From positions 2,304,001 to 2,368,000 of the forward strand of contig CAWELD010000003.1 of assembly GCA_963809895.1 (NCBI GenBank): 64,000 nucleotides of DNA, written 5' to 3'. The notes beneath the pieces are model-generated. The model did no database searches and was not told where the DNA came from. It saw nothing but the letters and a program-made list of their open reading frames with translations. This document shows, in pieces, positions 36,692-43,916 of the stretch. The DNA is from an uncultured Gemmatimonadales bacterium. GTDB lineage: Bacteria > Gemmatimonadota > Gemmatimonadetes > Longimicrobiales > Gaopeijiaceae. Made by a program: the position numbers and the translations under genes. Positions within the stretch are counted from its first letter, which is position 1, and the number at the start of each line of letters is the position of its first letter.

Positions 36692-39298
36692 GTGAGGCAC
36701 TCCACGTCCATCCGTACGCAGATCGCCCTGCTGCTCATCGGGGCCGCGGTGCTGGCCGCGGCCACCGCGGGCTACGCTGTGTATTCCGACTATCAGTTGG
36801 CGAGGCAGGACGAGGAGGGGCGCCTGCAGGAGGTGGTGGAACTGGCGGCCTCCGGCATCCGCCAGTACGTCAGCGACACCGAGCGAACCGCGGCCGCTCT
36901 CGCGTCGCGACCCCTCATCCGCGCCATGGATCCGACCACGTGTGCCTCGTTCATGCGCGAGGCCAACCAGATCCTGCACCAGTACACCAACGTCTTCGTG
37001 GTCGACGGGCAGGGCCGGTTGCTGTGTTCGGCCCTTCCCCCCTCCGAACCCAATTCCACGGCCGAGGGTGCGCCGTGGTGGGACCGGGCACGGGGCCATG
37101 ACGGGTTCGTCATCGGGGCCCCGCAGATGGGACGGCTGTCCCGCGTGCCGGTGGTGGTGTTCGCCTATCCCATCCACGGCGACGACGGCGGCATCATCGG
37201 GTGGGTCGGGTTGTCCGCGAACACGCTGGTCCGGTTCCGCGACCTCGTGTCGAGCTCGAACGTGGCGGCGGGGGGCGTCATCACGCTGGCCCAGTACGAC
37301 GGCACGGTCATCTCCCGCTCCGAGGACGCCGAAGAGTGGGTGGGACGGAAGCTTCCGTCGTCGGGCAGCTCCGACGCTCAGGCCGCCGTGGCCCAGGGCA
37401 CCAACGTGGCCACCGACGGAAACGGCGTGGTCCGCTTCTGGGCCTTCCGCAACCTGCCGGGCTACGAGTGGCGCGTGTACGCGGGCGTGCCGCTTCGCGA
37501 CGTGCGCGCCGCGGCCCTGCGGCGGGCCCGTCCCAAGGTGATCCTGCTCCTGGTGCTCCTGGCGCTGCTCCTCTTCCTGGCCACGCGTCTGCAGTCCAGC
37601 ATCACCGGTGCCCTGGACGATCTCCAGGCCGCGACGCGGTCTGCCGCGCTGGGGCGCACCGATTCGGTTCCCGTGGGCGGCCCCCCCGAGGTGGCCGAGG
37701 TCGCGGCACAGTTCAACCGCACGCTCGAGGACCGGGCTCGGGCGCTGGAGGCCGAGCGCAGCATCCGTCACCGGTACCAATCCATCCTCAACAACGCCAT
37801 CTTCGGCATCTTCATCTCCACGCCCGAGGGCCACATACGGGAAACCAATCCGGCTCTGGCCCACATGCTCGGCGAAGAGTCGGTGGCCAAGGTCATGGCC
37901 CGCAACATGCGGGATCTGTACGCACGTCCCGCCGACCGCTCACGGCTCGTCGAGGACGCCCTGGGGGGCCGGCGTACCAGCGCCGAGGTCGAGTGGCGCC
38001 GTGCCGACGGCAGCACCTTTCCGGTACGCCTCAACTGGAGCGTGATCCGTCTGCCCGACGGCCAGCAGGCCTTCGAGGTCATCGCCGAGGACCTGACGGA
38101 GCGGCGCACGCTCGAACAGCAGCTCAGGCAGGCCCAGAAGCTCGAGGCGGTCGGCCGGCTAGCCGGCGGCGTGGCTCACGACTTCAACAACCGGCTCACG
38201 GTCATCTCCGGCCAGGCCGAGCTCCTGCTCACCGAGCTCCCCGCCGACAGCGCCATGCGCGATCACGCCGAGGCCATCATGGGATCGTCGCGTCGCGCCG
38301 CCGATCTCACGGCCCAGCTGCTCGCCTTCAGCCGACGACAGGTGGCGAGGCCCCAGGCGCTGGACCTGGTACAGGTGGTGCAGGGCGTGGATCTGGTGCT
38401 GAAACGGCTGGTGGGCGAGGAAGTGGAACTGATCACCGACCTCCAGCCCGTGGGCCCGATCCAGGCCGACCCCGGACAGGTAGAGCAGATCCTCCTGAAC
38501 CTGTGCACCAACGCCCGGGACGCCATGCCCGAAGGGGGGCGCATCACCATCGCCACCGAGATGCGCCATCTGTCCGAAGACGCGGCCAGGAGGCGGGTGG
38601 ACGCCGAGCCGGGCGACTATGCGGTGCTCGTGGTCACCGACACCGGCCACGGCATGGACGAGGAGACCCGCCAGCGTGTCTTCGAGCCCTTCTACACCAC
38701 GAAGCCACCAGGCAAGGGGACCGGTCTGGGACTTTCCACCGTGTACGGCATCACGGTGCAGAGCGGCGGACACGTGCGGGTCTACTCCTGGCCGGCCAAG
38801 GGCACGCGGTTCGAGATCTGGCTGCCGACGGCGGCGAGCATGGAAGCGGGTGCCCCGACCGCACAGGCGGAGGTCGCTGGCGATGCCTCGCGCCCGACCA
38901 CGTGGGGCGGTCCGGAGACGATCCTGGTGGCCGAGGACGAGGATCCGGTGCGGCGCATCCTCACGGCGACGCTGTCCAGGGCAGGCTACGAAGTCCTCGA
39001 AGCAGAAGACGGACCGACGGCGCTGGCGAGGGCGCGAGACCACGACGGCCCCATACATCTCCTGGTCACCGACGTGGTCATGCCCGGAATGCGGGGCCCG
39101 GAACTGGCGGAGCGCCTCTCCCGGGCCCGCACGGGCATCCGTGTCCTCTTCATCTCGGGGTACACGGACCAGGCCGATCTCAAGCTGAACGAGAACGGCC
39201 GGCGCACGGCCTTCCTGGCCAAACCCTTCACGCCGGACGAGCTGCGCGCGGAGGTCAGAACGATCCTGGACGACGGCGCTGGCATCCATCCTGCATGA
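36692..39298 (+). CDS. Hybrid sensor histidine kinase (dCache-like, HAMP, PAS, HisKA, HATPase, REC)
   Basis: Two TMs; HAMP EVAEVAAQFN; PAS; AHDFNN, NARDAM and FYTTK; REC VAEDE...TDVVMP...KP. Confidence 0.92.
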   Translation: MRHSTSIRTQIALLLIGAAVLAAATAGYAVYSDYQLARQDEEGRLQEVVELAASGIRQYVSDTERTAAALASRPLIRAMDPTTCASFMREANQILHQYTNVFVVDGQGRLLCSALPPSEPNSTAEGAPWWDRARGHDGFVIGAPQMGRLSRVPVVVFAYPIHGDDGGIIGWVGLSANTLVRFRDLVSSSNVAAGGVITLAQYDGTVISRSEDAEEWVGRKLPSSGSSDAQAAVAQGTNVATDGNGVVRFWAFRNLPGYEWRVYAGVPLRDVRAAALRRARPKVILLLVLLALLLFLATRLQSSITGALDDLQAATRSAALGRTDSVPVGGPPEVAEVAAQFNRTLEDRARALEAERSIRHRYQSILNNAIFGIFISTPEGHIRETNPALAHMLGEESVAKVMARNMRDLYARPADRSRLVEDALGGRRTSAEVEWRRADGSTFPVRLNWSVIRLPDGQQAFEVIAEDLTERRTLEQQLRQAQKLEAVGRLAGGVAHDFNNRLTVISGQAELLLTELPADSAMRDHAEAIMGSSRRAADLTAQLLAFSRRQVARPQALDLVQVVQGVDLVLKRLVGEEVELITDLQPVGPIQADPGQVEQILLNLCTNARDAMPEGGRITIATEMRHLSEDAARRRVDAEPGDYAVLVVTDTGHGMDEETRQRVFEPFYTTKPPGKGTGLGLSTVYGITVQSGGHVRVYSWPAKGTRFEIWLPTAASMEAGAPTAQAEVAGDASRPTTWGGPETILVAEDEDPVRRILTATLSRAGYEVLEAEDGPTALARARDHDGPIHLLVTDVVMPGMRGPELAERLSRARTGIRVLFISGYTDQADLKLNENGRRTAFLAKPFTPDELRAEVRTILDDGAGIHPA

Positions 39299-39359
39299 AG
39301 GAAACGGCAGTCATTCACTCCGGGGCTCAGCAGCCCCCCCAAGCACGGGAGATGCAGAG

Positions 39360-40076
39360 ATGAGCCACCTGCCCAAGGGTGCCATCCGGATCACTACGGC
39401 CCTGGCCCTGGCGGCCATGGCGACCGGCTGCGCGCACGTGAAACAAGACGAATTCCAGGCGGAGATGGACAATCTCCGCGCCGAAATCGCTTCGGGCGAC
39501 CAGGCACTGGAGACGCGAATCGCCGCCAATGAATCGTCCATCAACTCGCTCCAGACCCGGATGGACCGGCTCGAGAGCGAGCTGGACCAGCTGGGCCAGG
39601 AGTTCGACGCCACGGTGCAGCGTCTCGAGACAGCGCTCCGTTTCGCTGCACCCGTCCACTTCGGATTCGACGAAGCCACGGTGCGTCAGCAGGACTACGA
39701 GGTCCTGAACCGCTTCGCCTCGGTGGTCCAGAAGAACTACCCCGGCGCGGTCATCACCGTCGAGGGCTTCACCGATCCAGCCGGAAGTGCCGCCTACAAC
39801 AAGAAGCTCGGCCAGCGCCGCGCCGATGCAGTCAAGGCGGTCCTGGTGGACCAGGGCCGGATGATGGGTGACCAGATCCGCACCGTGAGCTACGGCGAGG
39901 ACACCAGCCGCCTGGTGGATGCCGGAGCCATGGGCCCCGGTGAGACCGGCATGGCCAATCGCCGCGTGGTGATGGTCATCGAGCAGGCCGACGCCGACAT
40001 GGCCCGGCCCGTGGTGTCCGACGACGACGCCACCGTGACCACCACCAGCACCGCTGCGTCCGGCGGCTCTCGCTGA
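39360..40076 (+). CDS. OmpA family peptidoglycan-binding lipoprotein with coiled-coil linker
   Basis: Lipobox ATG-C; VHFGFD, EGFTD..GS.AYNKKLGQRRA, SYGE and NRRV. Confidence 0.9.
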   Translation: MSHLPKGAIRITTALALAAMATGCAHVKQDEFQAEMDNLRAEIASGDQALETRIAANESSINSLQTRMDRLESELDQLGQEFDATVQRLETALRFAAPVHFGFDEATVRQQDYEVLNRFASVVQKNYPGAVITVEGFTDPAGSAAYNKKLGQRRADAVKAVLVDQGRMMGDQIRTVSYGEDTSRLVDAGAMGPGETGMANRRVVMVIEQADADMARPVVSDDDATVTTTSTAASGGSR

Positions 40077-40153
40077 TCGTCGCGGGAATGAACAACGTCG
40101 AGGTCGTCGAGTTGGTCTGAGGCCGCGCTCGGCCTTCTCGCACCTCGCGCGCC

Positions 40154-40185
40154 GCACCCCGGGTGGCTTTCCGCCCCCGGGGTGT
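40154..40185. terminator. Hairpin between convergent genes
   Basis: GCACCCCGGG...CCCGGGGTGT stem between the ompA-like and MBL genes. Confidence 0.5.
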
Positions 40186-40193
40186 CGGTGTAT

Positions 40194-41168
40194 TCAGGCT
40201 CCGCCCGACAGCTCCCTCAGCCAGGCGTCCAGCGCTCGGCGCGGATAGTCGGCACTGAACTGGAACCACTCTCCCAGCGAGGTCGGCACGGTGAAGTCCG
40301 TGGCGGCCTCCTCGGCCGTCTGGCCCTGCTGGTGCGCTCGACGGGCCACCGCCTCCACATGATCCAGAAAGCCCACGTAGCGCGTCATGCCGGCCCGGTC
40401 CGCCAGGGTTCCGTGCCCCGGCACGTAGACCGTGTCGGGAGCCTCGCGGAAGAGTCTCGCCACCGAGGCCGACAGGGTGGAGGGACGGGCGTCCACGTAG
40501 TTGGGGAACATCCCGTTCCATACCAGGTCACCGCAGAAGACCACCGCCGGATCCTCCAGCGAGAGCGCCACGTCGCTGGCGGTGTGGCCGGCCATGGGCG
40601 TCAGCGCGAGGGTGCGCCCTCCCAGATCCAGCGCCGAGGGCGCGTCGCCCGGCAGGAGCTCCACCCGCGCGAGGGCCTGCCGAAGGGGTGCGTCGGGCCC
40701 CGTGTCGCCGGCGGCGGCGGTGGTGTCGGTCCGGTCTCGGGTGTCTTCGGTGGCCCACAGCTCCGGCTCCCCCTCGTCGCGCGCAAAGCCCGCCAGACCG
40801 CCGGTGTGGTCCCCATGGTAGTGCGTGACCACCACCTGGTCGGGCCACCGCCCCGTGAGCTCCCGGGCGCGGCGCGCCATCCACGCGGCACCCTCCGGCG
40901 AGGCGAAGGCCTCGATGACGACCACCCCCGCGCGACCGGCGACGATGCCGCCGTTGCACAGCGTCGTGCGGTCCTCCAGCGGCGTCGACACCAGCGCCCA
41001 CACGCCGTCCGCCACCGGTTCCAGGCTTCCCCAGGGCTCGCTGGCCACCGGCGCGCGCACGGATGCGAACAGACGGCGGGCGCCGGGTCCCAACCCCGCC
41101 GTGACCAGCGCGAGGTGGGCCGCGCAGGCGCCCCCCGTGCGCAGGAAATCGCGGCGGCTCGGGGTCAC
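40194..41168 (-). CDS. MBL-fold metallo-hydrolase with twin-arginine (Tat) signal
   Basis: SRRDFL Tat motif; THYHGDH, GHT, GDL and PGHG; GTGA-coupled to the M28 gene. Confidence 0.88.
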   Translation of the reverse strand: MTPSRRDFLRTGGACAAHLALVTAGLGPGARRLFASVRAPVASEPWGSLEPVADGVWALVSTPLEDRTTLCNGGIVAGRAGVVVIEAFASPEGAAWMARRARELTGRWPDQVVVTHYHGDHTGGLAGFARDEGEPELWATEDTRDRTDTTAAAGDTGPDAPLRQALARVELLPGDAPSALDLGGRTLALTPMAGHTASDVALSLEDPAVVFCGDLVWNGMFPNYVDARPSTLSASVARLFREAPDTVYVPGHGTLADRAGMTRYVGFLDHVEAVARRAHQQGQTAEEAATDFTVPTSLGEWFQFSADYPRRALDAWLRELSGGA

Positions 41169-43405
41169 GAGCCCTTCACCACCCCCGTGGCCCGGCGCAC
41201 CAGCGCCGTGACCCGGTCCAGGGCGGCAGCGACCTCGTCCACATAGGTGGCCACCTCGTCGAAATGGCGCTCCTCGATGCCCTCGCGGATGCCCGGCAGT
41301 GTCTTCACCCCGTAGCCCGTGTAGAAGCCCGGCGCGTAGATCATGTGCCGGAACCAGGGTCGCCGCGGCAGCCCCCCTTCGCGGGTCATGAGACGCTCGG
41401 CCTGGAGCAGCATGCCGTTCAGGCGCTGCTGCCGGCCGGCGGTCAGCCCTCCGCCGGCCAACGCCGCCGCCAGGGCCTGGTCGTACGCCTTCGCGGCCTC
41501 CTGCAACGAGGCCTGGGCGTTCTCGACGGGTGCAAAGTTGAGATACGGTACGGCCGCCTGGCGCTCCGGCGGGAACCAGGTCTCGGTGGGATCGGCGGTC
41601 ACGGTGTAGGCGCCCGCATCCAGGAGCCGATTGCGCGTGGCGGTCTCGGTGCGCATGTGGTCCGCCAGCTCCTGCACCTCGTCGGCGTACTCAGACACCC
41701 GGTCCGCGAAGTTCGTGAAGCGGTACGGGATCACGTCGGCGTTGGCCAGCCGGAGCGTCGCCCGGCCCGCCACCTTCGCCAGGGCGACGCCGTACTCGAA
41801 GGTGGGATCGCCGAAGCGGACGAAGTGATCGAAGGAGTCGAACTGTGAGTGGTAGGACCCACCACCGCCCTCGCCACCGAAGCCGATGTTCAGCGAGGGA
41901 ATCCCCAGGTGCTGGAGGAAGGGCGTGTAGTCCGAGCCGGACCCCAGGGGCGAGATGGTCAGGTCGGTGCGGGTGAGGGCATCGGCCTCGCCGCCCACCG
42001 CGGCCCGCGCCCGCCGGCGCTCGTCGACGGTGACGTCGGTCTGGGGATCCGGCACCCCGACGCCGAGCTGGTTGGCGAACCGCTCGAGGATGTGCGAGCC
42101 CCCGATCCCCAGAAAGCCGCGGGAGTTGCCGTCGGAGTTGATGTAGGCCACCGCCTTGGCCCGCAGCTCGTCGGCGTGGTCTTCGACCCATTCCGTCGAG
42201 CCCAGCAGGCCCGGCTCCTCGGCGTCCCAGGCGGCGTACACGATGGTGCGCCGCGGACGCACACCGGCCTGCGCCAGCTCACCCACGGCCCGCGCCTCGG
42301 CCAGCAACCCGACCAGCCCCGAGATGGGATCCCCCGCTCCCATGGCCCAGCCGTCGCGGTGGTTGCCCCGCACAACCCACTCGTCGGGGAGGTCGGTCCC
42401 GGGCAGCACGGCGATGATGTCCCGGGCCGGCTTGAGGCTCCAGTCGAAGGCCAGCTGCAGGTGCACCCGGGCCGGCCCGGGACCCACGTGGTAGGTGATG
42501 GGCAGGGCGCCCCGCCACGAAGCCGGCGCCACCGGCCCCTCGAGCTGCTCCAGGAGCGGCTGGGCGTCGGCGTAGGAGATGGGCAACACCGGGATCTTCA
42601 TGATCACCGGCGACTCCTCCACGGTGTAGCGCTCGGCGTCTTCGGTGGCGGCCACGCCCGGCGTGAGCGGATCGCCCGGGTACTGGGGCATGTCCTCCAC
42701 CGAGCCCCGCTGCACGCCCTCGGACATGCGGTAGGCGCCCTCGGGGTAGACGTCGCCCTGGAAGTAGCCGTCGTCGCGGGGATCCGAGTAGAGGATGCAA
42801 CCGATGGCGCCGTGCTCCGCCGCCACCTTGGGCTTGATGCCGCGCCACGATCCCCCGTAGCGCGCGATCACGATCTTGCCCGCCACGTCGATGCCGCGCC
42901 GCGCGAGCTCCTCGTAGTCGTCGGGGATGCCGTAGTTGACGTAGACCAGCTCGCCCTCGACGTCGCCGTCGGCCGAGTAGGCGTTGTAGGTCGGCAGACG
43001 TCCGGCGACACCCGAGGTCCCGTCCTCGTCGAGGACCGGCTCCGCCAGCGACGCCGTGAAGCGGACCGGGGCCGTCATCTCCAGGAGCCGCGTGGTGGGC
43101 AGGGGGAAGAGCACCTGATAGGTCTCCACCCGCGTCTCGAAGCCCCACGACCTGAACAGCCCGGCCAGGAACTCGGCGTTCTCCTCGTCACCGGGCGAGC
43201 CCACGTAGAAGGGCTTGTCGGTGAGCTCGCGCATCCATCCCCGCAGGTCGTCGGGGCGGAGCATGCCGTCGTAGCGGGCCTCCATCTCCCGCTGTGCCCG
43301 CGCCGACGCGGCGGCGAAGCCCCACAGCGGAGGAGCTTCCTGCTGTTGCGGCGTGAAGGCGAGGAGTGTCGTGACGACGACGGCGAGAACCGGGATGCGA
43401 CGCAT
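41165..43405 (-). CDS. M28 glutamate carboxypeptidase II-like peptidase (PA and TfR dimerisation domains)
   Basis: Signal peptide; LVYVNYG, RGIKPK, GDPLTPG, GNHRDGW, WDAEE.GLLGSTEW, GSDY, YHS and PWFRHMIYAPG. Confidence 0.92.
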   Translation of the reverse strand: MRRIPVLAVVVTTLLAFTPQQQEAPPLWGFAAASARAQREMEARYDGMLRPDDLRGWMRELTDKPFYVGSPGDEENAEFLAGLFRSWGFETRVETYQVLFPLPTTRLLEMTAPVRFTASLAEPVLDEDGTSGVAGRLPTYNAYSADGDVEGELVYVNYGIPDDYEELARRGIDVAGKIVIARYGGSWRGIKPKVAAEHGAIGCILYSDPRDDGYFQGDVYPEGAYRMSEGVQRGSVEDMPQYPGDPLTPGVAATEDAERYTVEESPVIMKIPVLPISYADAQPLLEQLEGPVAPASWRGALPITYHVGPGPARVHLQLAFDWSLKPARDIIAVLPGTDLPDEWVVRGNHRDGWAMGAGDPISGLVGLLAEARAVGELAQAGVRPRRTIVYAAWDAEEPGLLGSTEWVEDHADELRAKAVAYINSDGNSRGFLGIGGSHILERFANQLGVGVPDPQTDVTVDERRRARAAVGGEADALTRTDLTISPLGSGSDYTPFLQHLGIPSLNIGFGGEGGGGSYHSQFDSFDHFVRFGDPTFEYGVALAKVAGRATLRLANADVIPYRFTNFADRVSEYADEVQELADHMRTETATRNRLLDAGAYTVTADPTETWFPPERQAAVPYLNFAPVENAQASLQEAAKAYDQALAAALAGGGLTAGRQQRLNGMLLQAERLMTREGGLPRRPWFRHMIYAPGFYTGYGVKTLPGIREGIEERHFDEVATYVDEVAAALDRVTALVRRATGVVKGS

Positions 43406-43571
43406 GGCCTGCGCTCCGATGAGTGTGATCCAGAGAGGGGGGCATGATGGGACGGCGGGGCGGACCGTGCCAGGGGCCGACCACCGCGAGCAAACCTTTG
43501 CGGCGCTCGCGGCATCCCACTACATGTCATTCGCCTATAGGCATCTCGCATCGTCGAATTACGAGCCGTCC

Positions 43572-43916
43572 ATGAACGCGCACGATCATCTGCCCCTGAA
43601 CCCGAGGGTGCTGGCGCTCCTGCTGGCCCTGGGCGAGGGTCCTCGCCACGGCTACGCCCTCATGCTGGCCGTGGAGGAGACCTCCGGGGGCGCGATCTCG
43701 CTGGATCCGGGATCGCTGTACCGGCACCTCTCCCGCCTCGAGAGCGACGGCATCCTCGAAGAGATGGAGGCGCCGCGGGACGAGGAGAGTCCGGATCCGC
43801 GCCGACGCTACTACGGGCTCACCCGCCTGGGGCGGTCGGTGGTGGCGGCGGAGACCCGCCGGCTGCGAGCGCTCCTCCCGGAAGGGGAGGCCCTCCGGCA
43901 TCTGGAGGAGGGATGA
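43572..43916 (+). CDS. PadR family transcriptional regulator
   Basis: LLLAL..GPRHGY, PGSLYRHLSRL and RRRYYGLTRLG; start re-picked at ATG 43572. Confidence 0.9.
   Translation: MNAHDHLPLNPRVLALLLALGEGPRHGYALMLAVEETSGGAISLDPGSLYRHLSRLESDGILEEMEAPRDEESPDPRRRYYGLTRLGRSVVAAETRRLRALLPEGEALRHLEEG

Noticed and set aside
40194..41168. MBL-fold protein as a metallo-beta-lactamase resistance gene
   Set aside because: HxHxDH is shared by the whole superfamily, and nothing specific indicates beta-lactamase activity.
43515..43560. Candidate operators upstream of padR-2, and likewise near 49545-49570 for padR-3
   Set aside because: Both are AT-rich, but the dyads are too degenerate (about half the positions match) to call by eye.
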